From the NCBI GenBank assembly GCA_010909165.1, contig VJWM01000103.1:930001-994000 (forward strand): a stretch of DNA of 64,000 nt, written 5' to 3'. Origin of the DNA: Anthoceros angustus (lineage: Eukaryota; Plantae; Anthocerotophyta). The position numbers and the translations under genes were made by a program. How positions within the stretch are numbered: the first letter of the stretch is position 1; every line of letters begins with the position of its first letter. The notes beneath the pieces are model-generated. The model saw only the letters and a list, made by a program, of their open reading frames with translations, did no database searches and was not told where the DNA came from. Shown piece after piece: positions 22,638-36,182 of the stretch.

Positions 22638-25600
22638 CCGTTGTAAATCGACTTGAGCCTGAAATCTTCCCCTGTTCTAAAAAACAGCCTATAGTAAAAG
22701 GCCCGTTTTCCTAGTTGTGAGTGGATGCTTGATTCTGGGTTTCCGGTGCCCCGGGAACATTGGTGTTGGTCGGATGGGGCAGCTAGTCAATTTAAAGCAT
22801 GTAGGCCTTCTTACTTTGTTGCACCTAAGCTTGGTGGTGGTTGCAAGATGCTATGGTCGTTCTTTGGCGTGGGCATGGCAAAGCGAACATGAGGCAGTGC
22901 AATCTTGAAAAGGGCATTGCGGGCTGCGAGTCCTCTCCGAATGCTCCTCATTGCGATGCACCCTCGATGTTGTCACTTAGAGAGAACATCTCACCGCAAC
23001 AACGTCGTCTGAAGTGGAGAGCATCATCCATAGGAGCTTGGTGATTGGGAAAAGGAGGTGAGCAGGAGGAACAAGTTTAATTGTGACCCAATACAGGTCA
23101 AAAAATGCATAGCATATATGGTTTCTATTCTGGACCCAACTCAAGCGAAAATGCGCATGTTGGCATGTACATCTTGTTGTCTTGATCGCATTCTCTATGG
23201 CCCATGCAGGATCTGGAGACTCGTATCCATTAGGCCACATGGACAACCCACGGAGGAGCCGTACTCGGAGAAGAGGCCGGGATCTTTGAGTCTGGCGGAT
23301 ACCTTCGCCGTTTGCTACTCGGGAGGAACAAGGAGCTTTGGAAACTACCGTTGATGGCCTTGACGATGATGTATGGAGGATGTGTGGACATGGCCGACCT
23401 CCCAGAAGTTGGTGATACGTGTTGTTGTGCACGACATCAAGACAGGGGCAATTGTTTTACTCGTTGCACAGCTTGAAGCAAACCCTACTGTAACAAGTGG
23501 TGCCCTTGGAGCAACTCAACATTCCGAGTGGGAGAAGTGGTTGTCTGTATACTACACACTCCACACGACGGCTCGTGTACACACCGGGTCAAGAGAATGA
23601 GGAGTGCACCCTTCATGCCGATCGTGTCCTAAGTTGCAAGATTGAATTGCGGTGTACACCGATAGTGAAGGTGTGGAGTGCTATTCTTTAGAGGGGAAGC
23701 TCTCGAGTGACCACCTTGGTAAGAGAAAGCAACTCGAGCCTTGTGCTAGAAAGCACATGTGCGTAATGATTGGTCACCTCTATTGTACGAGGCCCACGCT
23801 TTGTAACATAACCACGCGACCACCAAATGCTGGTCACTAACTATTTGCTCACTAACCAAAGTTGTCACTAACTGTGGCCAGTGCACCGAAAGTTATTTTG
23901 CAAATGGGTCTTGTCCATGTTAACACGCTTGATACATGGCTTCTTTAGGGGTCTGAAGGTCCAAGCGGGATGCACATAGATATGCCGCTTGCATTCATGC
24001 AAAACACTTATTCCCGTGGAATTTGCTTACAAGGGCATTTGCATTAAAAGTTGAGTTCTGGTCTCGGGACACATGATTATCCGCCACACGCTCAAGCCCA
24101 CTTTCGCCAATTGACCCCGGCGTGGTGTCTCGGCCTTGTCCTTGGTGGCACATAGTCTGGCTTTAAATGGCGTGATACCACAATCGGGTCGTCATCATCT
24201 TCGCCTGAGCTACCAGGAATGCAATGGCCGCCATGTGCTCTAACTTGGGTCTGTGATTTGTCGAACCCCGCACACCCTCCTCCCGGTTCCTTGATGATGG
24301 GAGAAGCCATGGGCAGCCGAGGCAAGGAGCTTGATGGAAGCGAAGGTTTTGGCCGCAATGCGCGGTTCCAAGATCAAGACCGCGGCGGGCGCTGCACATC
24401 GGGCTTCGCGAAGAGGGAGCGTGGATGCGCCATATGCCTGGAAGACCTCAAGTCGCCGAATTGCGCAGGAAGGGATGTCGACCGTTGTTGAGGATGATTG
24501 TGACATGGGCGTGTTATATAATGAATCAAGGATGGCGGTGGAAAGTGGCGACTCTTGATGGCGCTGGTTTGCCCACTACGCAATGGAAGCATCTTAGCTA
24601 CGGTCTTGTGATTGGGGCCGTCTTCCACATTCGGATAGCTGGACATGGCGTGCATGTTGTTGTGCAAGCCCTTTTAGGCGGCGTGCTTGGATGTAGTTGT
24701 TACCCAAGCCTCGTAACTTGATCCCTCCCGTGTGAACCCGAGTTGGAAAGGATGTTGTGTGGCATGTGCTAATGCAAGACGGGTTGAAGGCATGTTTCGT
24801 TAATGTCAAGTGCGAGGTAAATCTTGTTGCCTCATGTCGGCAAGTTTATCGCTGACCATTGTATGTGGATCAACCAAAAAGAAAACGGGCCTCCTTAACA
24901 ACCCTACATTTAGGCATGGGTGCCTAGAAACTCAAAACCACGCAAGCCGACCATACCAAGACAATCACTTGACCGTCTGAAGTCCCTCCTTGACATGCTC
25001 CCTCTTAGCCACCCAGTCCAGATATTTGGCGATTGTGGGGCTCAGCCAATACACCTGGATGTCTTGCGGGGTAGCCTTCGGGATGGCAATCATGCTGAAG
25101 TTTGTCGCCAAAACCATGTCCTCCTCAATTGCAGTGGGGTGACCACGGACACCTGAGTTTAGGAGCTGGTACACCCCCTCTGAATTTGGCTCCTGCTCGT
25201 AATAATAAGCCATGATCACCCTACTGCCAATAGGAAACACCTTGCCGCTTTGCCATGCTTTGTCAGCGCTGGCTAGTGGCGCATCGCGGCCGATACACGT
25301 AGCACATAGAACTCCACATGCTCTACATTTCCCTTGGGAGCCGCACCATAAAGTTACTACCCGCACGGACCGTGTCCGCCTCATAAGACCTTGAGGCATG
25401 GGTGGGGGGCACTTCATCCACATTCTCTACGACCATTGAGCACCCTTGTGCTTCCCACGGATGTTTCTTTTGGGGCCTGTTCCCATTCTTCCTTTCTCCT
25501 CGGCTTCGAACTTGACGCCGAGGAGGCGCGCCTCTACCGGACTACTGCCGCATGCCGCTCTCCTTTCCTTCATTGGTTTTTTCTCGATTCGCCCACTGCG

Positions 25601-28359
25601 CGAACTCATCAACCATTTCAAAAGTCACCATTTCATTCGCAGCCCACCTTCTTCATTGGGCATGATGGGCCCACCACCACTTGCAAGAACACCGTCACGT
25701 CGACCAAGCTGGTCAAGAGCACCAGACATTGATTCTTGGTTGCAAGTATGTTCCGATCGATTATGTGCACCGCCTCCACATCGCCGGATGCTCCAAAAGT
25801 TTTTGATGTTCGCCGATTGAGGGCGCCATCCGCAACAACCCTATCTCTATAACTTGATTGGCACCAATCATCACGGTATCCACTGCGCCACCCTCATCTG
25901 GATCTCCACCGCCACCACACCGCTACCAAGCGTTGGACATCACCGGTTGTCGTCAATGCCAAATGGACACTTTGGTCCGCATCACTTGCCACATGATCCA
26001 AGATATTGGTCAGTAGAACACCACGACTCCTCGCCATTCGTCACATTTATCAACACATTCAATTGCGGCCACCTCAAGTTATCACCGATTCACAAGACTC
26101 TGGACACCACAACCATTTCATCACCTACATCCACACCTCCACTCGAATACCACTGGAAGGCACCCGTCGAATAAGAGCGCACAATACACCCGTGACCAAC
26201 GAGCGAGGCGCGGCCACCGTTGTAGCTTGTGGCTGGTCATCCTGCACGGACAAACATGTACTCAAAGTGTAGACAACGTATCTAGTTTCAACAAAGCAAT
26301 GCCCTCACAAACCCACACCGATGTCCTTCGGAGGAACACGCACACATGCCAACTTGCCGTGCATTCCTCACCAACTTCAACCCTGAGGGGACCTTGTGTC
26401 TGGCCTTGGTGGAGTAGGAGCTATGTCCAGAACGAGGCGCTCGTGTGGTCACTGTGTGGGGACAACGTCATCTTCAATTTGTGAGTCTAGCACCACCAGA
26501 CGAGTAATCGCTGCCCAAACATGCGCGAACAACACGAGGCTTTTCCTCCGGGCATTGGGGGCGAAGGAATTCACGTAGGCTTCATGTGCCTCCCTTGGCC
26601 TTGCAAGCAAATTCATCCTACACTGGTGGAGAAATATCGTTGACATCGGGCCAGTTGGCATAATTGCACTGGACCAGTTCGATGTCGTATGATGACAAAA
26701 TTTAGTCGCAGACTTCCAACAAATAAAATGGACAAGACAACAAACACTGGAGAACGTGGAACATACATATTGGAGACTCAAGATTTTTTGTCTGTGGCCA
26801 ACCAATTCTTCGGTGATTGTGACTCAATGTCTTTCCATCATGTCATGGCCGGTCTCCAATGCACTCGAGGAACTCTTTCTCCCAAGTGTCTCGCTGGTCC
26901 TGCTCCCATGGAAGGAGCTTCCTCCGGTGCTTTGATCACCAACCTTCGCTCTCAACCATGATGCAGCACATCAAGATTGCACTGGACGTGGGCAGCAACA
27001 ATGTTTGTCAAGTGCCCGACAGTGCAGATATCGTGGAAGCAATGGCCACATGGAGTGAACACCATCTCGTTACAGCGTACCACCCGCCATGACACACATT
27101 ACACTTTAGGACACCGAGCTTGCGCTTTGAAGGAAAACCAGTTGCGTGAGAAAGGATCACCTTGGCCTTGGCACCACATGACTAGGTGGTGCCAAGGCCA
27201 CCTCCGTCCGCCACCCACCACTACATCACCAAGTCCGAACCCATCCACCAGAAACCAGACATCACCGAGGCCACCACCGCCCACCAACCTACCACTACAT
27301 CACGAATGCCACCACACCGACCTACCCCTACAAGATGGCCATAACCCGCACACAAGCCATGCACTACATCACCAAGGCCACCAAAAGCTCACAGACCCAG
27401 ATGAACACCAACCAATTCCTCACCATCCGTCAAGTGATCACCCACCCTTCCACCAGAGAACACATGAGTCACCACCCCTTGAGCACCCCTACCACCACCT
27501 CACCATCCGTGAACGACCAGAGCACCCAACCTGTCCACCCAGCAAGACATCACCATAAGGAAAACATCGGTCACGGACACCTCGTCCGTGTGCAAGAAGA
27601 ATCCACACTTACCGCGTACAAACACTACACGCCGTACGGGGCATGACTTGGCGGGAGGCAGGAGCCGACACCCACGCAGTGATCCATGTTACATGCCCGG
27701 TGAACCTGGAGAACATCCTCATGTTTTCAAGAGAAGCTGGTGTCCGAGCTTGTTCCTCAGCTTTTTTCTCCTTCAACCGGTGAACACCCTCGAATATTTA
27801 GTTTTGTCAAGCATGAATTCGAATCATCGTCTCGCGAATACTCGCCAAGCCCTCCACTATTCATGACCATGTCGGCAAGCTGGACCTTGGTGTTGCCCAA
27901 ATCCAAGAGTGCCTCCTCCCCATCTTTTGACAAAACATCCTCCGCAAAGACAAGCTTCCAACTCGCACGAATTTTTCCAGCACCTCATCCATGACAACCT
28001 TTGGTGCCCATGGCTCAAGACACGAGCCCGGCCAGTGTCACTTTTCTCCGCCACGCAAGATCAATTGGAGACTGCCTCCTTCTTGCCGGCCTCCTCTTCT
28101 ACATTCTTTGCACCGGAGGTCCGTCCTTCATGGCCTTCAGCTTCCTCTTCCAACTCGGAGAGCTCCAGAGATTGCCGAGGATCGCCTCGTGGTCGCTCGC
28201 TCACCGGCTGTGAGTGGAACACTCTTCCACATCAACCTCCGCTCCTGCATCATCACCGCCACCACAACAGTTGTGAAGAATCGCTTGTATTCTCTCAGAT
28301 GGGACTTCCACTGTGATTTCTTCTCCATCACGCCTTATCACTTCCTCTTCTCACCTAAA

Positions 28360-29050
28360 TAGTACTCAAACCAATTCACACGCTTGCCAAGCTTCTTCTC
28401 GATTAGGAACCCAAGTGCCTGGCCGTGGCACCCTTTGCGATACTGGTGGGAGCCCGCCCATACGACTTCTCAACAAGACTATCAACATGCATCCACTCTA
28501 TGTCGACGATGGGTCAGATCCCCAAGAGGTATCCATCATTTCCATTAGTGACTCGGCGATCGGGCATTTGCATGAACCGCCTCCAAAGTGTAGCCATGTT
28601 TTGAAATCCATTGCCATGTCCTCTCGCGGTGGCATCAATTCGACAACTTTGTTGCACAAGAACCTCGAATGGAGCAACAGTACCCGGTGAGACGCCGACG
28701 CTCATCCGATGTCGGAAATGACTCTTCACCAAATCCAAGTGTATGGGACGCCCGTCCGATAATGCGACGGGATTCGAAATCCAATGTACTGTTCTGCCTG
28801 TGAACTCCGGCGCAAAATTTATGGATTCCAATGCAATATACCCATGCACGCCTACCCTCTGCCTGCAGTCGCACATGGTTTTTAAGCACCAAGATATACC
28901 GCCCATTGGATACATCCAGTAGCACTTGTACTGTCCATGGGTCTCCACCTTCGATTAGGTGGATAATCAAATGCTCCATCGAATTTTCGTTGACGGCATA
29001 TGCATTTCCAATTGCACCATGATATCATAACTTCGAGCTTCGCCGCAGAA
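28360..29050 (-). mobile_element. CACTA/En-Spm transposase C-terminal remnant (diverged copy)
   Basis: MEHLIIHLIE...WMYPM...GYIALESINFAPEF, with frameshifts. Confidence 0.75.
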
Positions 29051-30459
29051 CCTCGTAGATATCAATCTCCTTGCCACATATCCAACGTATACATCGCGCA
29101 TATCAAGTGCTTTATGGCTGCCCGGACCAATGCGGACGAGAATCCAATTGGCCGCGGGTCTCCAACCGTGAACTCCGATGCAAAATTTATGGATTCCAAT
29201 GCAATATACCGCCATGTCACGCCCTCGGCGGGCCGTTGCGCACATGGTTTTTAAGCACCAGCATATACCGCTCCATTGGATACATCCAGCGCACTTGTAC
29301 CGTCCCATGGGTCTCCACCTCTTCGATTAGGTGGATAATCAAATGCTCCAGAATTCCAGCGTTGACGGCATATGCATTGTTCCAATTGCCATGATATCAC
29401 AACTTCGAGCTTCATCGCAGGAACCTCAGAGATATCAATCTCCTTGCCACATATCCAACGGTACATCGCGCTAAGCCGTGCGAAGGCCTTATACGGTGGC
29501 CCATCTAGCCATCCCCGTAAAGCCATCGGCAAATATCGCATGCACATACGTGGCTTTTCGATTACCTTAAGGCCTTTGAAGCAAGCAGCAATGTTAGCAC
29601 TAAATCCGGTTGGAGGCTTCATTATGCATATCTCTACTCTTCACATTCTAAACTATTAGTCGGTAAGACATAGTTTCATCAGCGTATGTGCGGCGTGACA
29701 ACCTTTGGTGCCCATGGCTCAAGACACGTGGCAGTGTCACTTTTCTCGCCCGCGCAATGATTGGAGACTCGTCTCCCTTCTTGCCGGCCTCCTCTTCTAC
29801 ATTCTTTGCGGGGAGGTCATCCTTCTTCATGGCCTTCATGCTTCCTCTTCCCAACTCAGAGCTCCGGAGATTCTTTGGGAGGATCGCCCTGGCATTCTCG
29901 GCTCCGCGGCAGTGGAACACTCTTCCACATCAACCTCCGCTCTGCATCATCACACGCACCACAACGGTTGTGAAGAATCGTTGTATTCTCTGCGAGATGG
30001 GACTTCCACACAATTTCTTCTCCATCATCACTTATCCCTTCCTCTTCTCAACTAAATAGTACTCAAACCAATTCACACGCTTGCCAAGCTTCTTCTCGAT
30101 TAGGAACCCAAGTGCCTGCGTGGCACCTTTGCGATACAACAGCGTGGGAGCCCCGCCATCTGACTTCTCCAACAAGATCAACATGCATCCACTCTATGTC
30201 GGGGCAGAGTGCATGATCCCCAAGAGGTATCCATCATTTCCATTAGTGACTCGGCCCGATTTGGGCTTTCTGCCCATGAACCTACCTCCAAGGCAGTGTG
30301 TAGCCATGTTTTGAAATCCATTGCCATGTCCTCTTGCAGGGCATCGTATTCTGACCTTTGTTGCACAAGAACCTCTGAATGGAGCAACAAGTACCAGTGG
30401 AGACGTCGAGGCTCATCCGATGTCAGGGAAATGACTCTTCAGCCTGCAAATCAAGTGCT

Positions 30460-31696
30460 TTATGGCTGCCCGTCCCGGACCAATGCGGACGAGAATCCAA
30501 TTGGCCGCGGGTCTCCAGCCGTGAACTCCGATGCAAAATTTATGGATTCCAATGCAATATACCCGGCCGCCATGCTGCCCTCTGGCCGGGCCCGTTGCCG
30601 CACATGGTTTTTAAGCACCAGCATATACCGCTCCATTGGATACATCCAGCGCACTTGTACCGTCCCATGGGTCTCCACCTCTTCGATTAGGTGGATAATC
30701 AAATGCTCCATCGAATTCCAGAACGTTGACGGCATATGCATTTCCAATTGCACCATGATATCCACAACTTCGAGCTTCATCGCAGGAACCTCAGAGATAT
30801 CAATCTCCTTGCCACATATCCAACGGTACATCGCGCTAAGCCGTGCGAAGGCCTTATACGGTGGCCCATCTAGCCATCCCCGTAAAGCCATCGGCAAATA
30901 ATACTGCATAAGCACATGCCAGTCGTGGCTTTTCAGCCCGGTTACCTTAAGGCCTTTGAAGCAAGCAGCAATGTTAGCACTAAATCCGGTTGGAGGCTTC
31001 ATTGCGCATATCTCTACCTTCACAGCGTCCAAATCATTAGTCGGTAAGACATAGTTTGCATCTGGCATGTGCAGCACGTCGTCAACCTCAATGGGCCATA
31101 GCCAGGGCTTGGAATCAGTATCTTCCATATCGAAACGCGTCGCAAGCGTGTCAGTCTTCCCCGTAATAACTCCCCAAAATGCCTTGGCATTGTTCACCTC
31201 TACATGCATAACATCCTTGACCCATATTTTGGGAATATGCCTAAAGTACGGTAAACTCCGGAGCAGAAGTGAATCTCGAGTGACACCCCAAACCCTGGTG
31301 TCCTTCCTAGTCCTAGGATCTGCTTCTCGCCAACGGTCCATCTCCGCCAAAACATCATTAACGGTGCGAGGAACTGGGTGGGCCTTGTTTCAATGCGGTT
31401 GTCAAATGCATCTGCCAGCATGTGGCGGCGGGGGTCGTCTGGGTAGTTGCACCACCTCCGACTGCCTGGGTATACCATCTTCTCCAACTCCACAGACCAC
31501 CTAGCCTCCAAGTCGATGCGCAATCCACACACGCAAGATGCCCTTTTACAAGCTCAGCCAAATTACCCATGCAGAATCGACGGCAAATAGTAGCAAGACG
31601 GAGCGTGAAGAAACGGCCCCGGCCGGCCTTGGGCTTGGAGAAGTCCTCCCTTGAGGTATACACTCCACAAATCACGCAATTCTTGGGTGTGAGCAT
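30460..31696 (-). mobile_element. CACTA/En-Spm transposase (TnpD; Transposase_21/DUF4218 region), best-preserved copy; re-copies at 29055-29680 and 32140-33005
   Basis: KGHLACVDC, DVMHVEVN, GLKSHDWHVLMQYYLPMALRG, HLIIHLIEE...RWMYPMERYMLVLKNHVRQRARPEGSMAAGY. Confidence 0.92.
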
Positions 31697-34252
31697 GGTT
31701 AGGTGACCACTAATTTCGGAAACGGGCGAAACCGTCTCTAAGTGGTGTTTTGCATTACGATTGATTTCTTAACAATTGAAATTATGTCCATTTTGACCGA
31801 TATTTTTAGGGCTATTCGCTTTTAACTTATAGATATATTTAAATTTTATATCTGGAAAATTAATTTATTTGATATATTATTAGATTAAGTCTTGCTATAT
31901 ATGCTAGGGACAATTTATTATACAAACTCGTAAGGAATGAAGCGGGAAGTAGGAGGCGAAACGAAGGATGCTCGCTGACTTTTAAGGAGTGATATATGAT
32001 GAGTTATCCACTTCCATCAGGTTGCTCCTAATGTTGAGACTCACAAGCATGGATTTGTGCATGTGATCAGTCGCGAATCGAGCTGCAGGCTCAACCTTGG
32101 GCCAGCGATGAGGATTATCGGCTTATTGTCATGCCCATGGAGTCCTTGCCACATATCCAACGGTACATCGCTAAGCGATGAAGGCCTTATACTGAGGCCC
32201 ATCTAGCCATCCCGAAGTCCAAAACAAATACTGCACATACATGCGGGCTTTTCGGCTAATTACCTTAAGGCCTTTAGAAGCAACAGCAATGTTAAAATCG
32301 GTTGGAGGCTTCATTGCGCATATCTCTACCTTCACAGCGTCCAAATCATTAGTCGGTAAGACATAGTTTGCATCTGGCATGTGCAGCACGTCGTCAACCT
32401 CAATGGGCCATAGCTAAGGCTTGGAATCATTATCTTCCATATCGAAACGCGCCGCAGGCGTGTCAATCTTCCCCGTAATAACCCCCCAAAATGCCTTGGC
32501 ATTGTTCACCTCTACATGCATAACATCCTTGACCCATATTTTGGGAATATGCCTAAAGTACGGTAAACTCCGGAGCAGAAGTGAATCTCGAGTGACACCC
32601 CAAACCCTGGTGTCCTTCCTAGTCCTAGGATCTGCTTCTCGCCAACGGTCCATCTCCGCCAAAACATCATTAGCAGAGGAATCTGGGTGGGCCTTGTTTC
32701 AATGCGGTTGTCAAATGCCGCCAAAGATGTGGCTGGGCCGTCTGGTAGTTGCACCACCTCCGACTGCCTGGGTATACCATCTTCTCCAACTCCACAGACC
32801 ACCTAGCCTCCAAGCCTCGCATCGCAATCCACACCGCAAAGATGCCCTCGCATTTTACAAGCCCAGAAATTACCCGCTCGGAGAATCGACGTGGCAAATA
32901 ATGCAAGACGGAGCGTGAAGAAACGGCCTGGGTCAGTCTTGGGCTTGGAGAAGTCCTCGCAGGGTATACCTGTCCACAAATCACGCAATTCTTGGGTGTG
33001 AGCATGGTTAGGTGACCACTAATTAAAGCAAGTAAACCGCCTCTAAGTGGTGTTTTGCATTACGGTCAGATTTCTTAACAATTGAAATTATGTCCATTTT
33101 GACCGATATTTTTAGGGCTATTCGTTTTTAACTTCATAGATATATTTAAATTTTTATATCTGGAAAATTAATTTATTTGATATATTATTAGATTAAGTCT
33201 TGCTATATGCTAGGGACAATTTATTATACAAACTCGTAAGTGACCGGGAAGTAGGAGGCGAAACGAAGGATGCTCGCTGACTTTTAAGGGTGATAATGAG
33301 GTTATCCACTTCCATCGTACCGTTCTAATTGAGACTCACAAGCATTGGATTTGTGCATGCAATCGCGAGCTCAACCTTAGCGCGATGAGGTTATTGTCGA
33401 CCATGTGGAGTCCCTACATGGCTTCGCTAGAGCTATGTCGTGCAGGCAGGGTGGTGTGGCCGGTGGTGGCGTGATAAAATTTGGGGTCGGAACCAGTTCT
33501 TACTGGATTTGGTAGCTTGGTGGTGCAGGTGCGGTGGCTTTGTGCGGAGGGCGTTTGGGACCGTTAGCCGTGCGGCAGGCTTTTCCTGGAACGTGGAGCC
33601 GTAGTGCGGCCAAGGCAGGTGCGCACGGCTGAAGCGATGGCACCACCAGCCACCGGCCTTGTAGTTTTTTTTCCGTGGTGAGTCCCTACATGGCTTCTGC
33701 TAGAGCTTTGTCGCGCGCGCAATAGGTGGTGTGATGGCGGCAGGATCGCGGCGCAGAACTGGAGTCGTAACTAAGTTCCTACTGATTTGGGAGCTCGGTG
33801 AGTGCAGGCAATAGTGATGGGTTTGTCGGAAGGTGTTTGGGTCCGCCACCGTGGTAAGCGTACCGCCTTCCAGCGAGGAAGCGCAGTGGTGCGGCAACCA
33901 GGGTGCGCAGGCGAGGGACAAAGCCGGCTGAGGTGAAGGACACCATGTCACTAGTACCCAGTAGGGTGGAAGGCTCGACAACAGGTGGCGAGGCACGCGA
34001 TAATTCCGGCAGGTCAAGCGCCTCTGCAACCAAGATGGACAGAACGCTTAGGCGCCACCGGCTAGGTTGGATAGCTGCACAGTGACTGGCTCGCAAGGAC
34101 ACGACATTCACGAAAAATTGGTGGAGCATTGGTGTTGGCACTACAGTGATATGGAATTGTCAACTACAGGTGTGAATGTCCACAAAATAACCACGAGTGT
34201 TGGACTAAAGGAGGCTATTGGAGGTGAAGATTAGATCAAGAGGATAAAAGCG

Positions 34253-34700
34253 TTGCACAACGGCCCCCGGGCAAAAGTTAATTATAAGTCCTATCGAGGC
34301 CTTCGGACAAGAGGCTATCACTTCCGGACCATTGCGGCCGATGCCAACCAGACTGCAACACAAGACAATTGGGTTTATGGGTCATTCGATATGGTGGGTG
34401 CCAACCGGAAAGCGGACTTCTACGGACGCATATGCCAGATCCTTGAAGTGGAATGCGAAGGGGGGGACGTCACCACCATCATCCTCAACGTCCATTAGTG
34501 CAGTGGGCTTGGATAGACAATCAACCATTGCGCGCTGATTTCGATTGGCTTTTGGGGTTAGGTGTGGACACGAGGAGACCTTTGGTGTATGCGGCGTGAT
34601 CATCGTGACTGCCCATACACATTCCCTGCATTTGACATGTGTTCGCATCGGACGTCATGCGCCCAAAGTGGATGGTTGGTTGATTTGCACGCCTATCGGC
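34253..34700 (+). mobile_element. CACTA transposase C-terminal (DUF4216-like) remnant, opposite orientation
   Basis: NGP...GYHFRT...TQDNWV...DFYGRICQILEVE. Confidence 0.7.
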
Positions 34701-34811
34701 TAGATGGGACTCATCGGCTTTCGATTGACATTTTCATATGAACCACCATGTTAGCCTAGATGAGACTCATCAGCTTTCGATTGACATTTTCATATGAACC
34801 ACCATGTTAGC
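34700..34811. repeat. 56-bp tandem duplication
   Basis: CTAGATGRGACTCATCRGCTTTCGATTGACATTTTCATATGAACCACCATGTTAGC x2. Confidence 0.9.
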
Positions 34812-34919
34812 CCCCCAAACCACTCCTGAAACACCCAATTCACAATAACAAAGTTGTGAGGCGAAGACATACTAGTCAAATACTAGTCACACGTTTGAGC
34901 AAGTGTGTGATTTTCATCA

Positions 34920-35870
34920 GATGATGTCATCCTGACCACAAATAGTCACAACTTATTAGCTGAAGTAAAACACTTGCTCAATAACAAGTTTGAAATGAAG
35001 GATATAGGGAGATGAAATTTTGTTTGCGTATTCAGCTTCTCCGTGTAACGGCTGAAGGATTGCTCATTATCCACTAGTACAAGTACTTATGTGCAAGAGA
35101 TCTTGCGAAAGCTTAAACTTTATCAGGCCAGACCACCCACGACAATCTTTACAATAGGTGTGAAGCTCACGAGCCTACAGTGCTAACAGACTGCAAAAGA
35201 AATCAAAGAAATGGCTCTTGTGCCCTACAGACATGCCATAGACAGTGTAGGAAACTGGACACGCCCCGATATTCAATATTCTGTAAGCATGGTATCGCAG
35301 TTCTTGGAGCATCCCGGCCGTGCTCACTAGGTGGTTGCCAAAAGAGTTTTTCATTACTCAAAAGGGACCCAGTGCTATGGACTTGCTTACAAGAGAAGCG
35401 GGCATGCACAACTTACCTTAAAAGGGTTTACAAATGCAGATTGGGCATCTGCCAATGACTCCAGAAGGAGTCTCTACACCTAAAATTGTTTTCTTGTGTC
35501 ATCTGCAGCCATCAATTGGAGCTGCAAAAAGTAGGCATCAATTGATGGATCAAGCCAAGTATTAAAGCTTGATAGATGCATCGAAGGAAGCAGCATGGTT
35601 ACGCACCTTTCTCTCAGATCTAGGGCAACAACAAGTCGAGCCGATGCCTCTCATGTATGACAATATGTCTGCATTAGCGCTTGTTGCTAACCCTAGGTTT
35701 TATGCGAGGACAAAACAATATATTAGGGATGTTGTCGAGCATGGAGTGGTGAAGGTAGACTATGTTTAGACAGACTCCAACACTGCAGATATCCTGATGA
35801 AAAGTCTTCCTCAGCACAAGCATTATCAATACATGGAAGGTCTTGAGCTCATGGACTTCAAGATATTTTG
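34920..35870 (+). mobile_element. Degenerate Ty1/copia RT-RNase H remnant
   Basis: DDVIL...KFEMKDIG, VPYRHAI, TRPDI, KEAAWLRTFLSDLG...YDNMSALALVANPRFYARTK...ADILMKSL; contains stops and frameshifts. Confidence 0.85.
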
Positions 35871-36120
35871 AAAGATTAAGACTTATCTAGGTGATGAGGG
35901 GAAGAGGGAGGAAGCCTCAACTTCCTATTGTGGTGTGTGTTCTTCTTCCAGCCAGACCTATGACTCTTGCGCGGTGCTCACAATAGCCATGTTACCCTTC
36001 AACAACAACAATGGGCAGCAGCTGCTGTATCAAAACAGATTTCAGCAGCAACAGCTTCATTAGAACAGAATTGGGCTTTGCTACTGCAAAACAAAATTTT
36101 GCAGCAACAACTGCAGCACA

Positions 36121-36182
36121 TGTACAAGAGATTAGGCCTGTACAAGAGATTAGGCCCGTACAAGAGATTAGGCCAGTACAAG
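36121..36182. repeat. 18-bp tandem repeat (NGTACAAGAGATTAGGCC) x ~3.4, within a CAG/CAA-rich tract (35990-36600)
   Basis: Directly visible. Confidence 0.9.
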
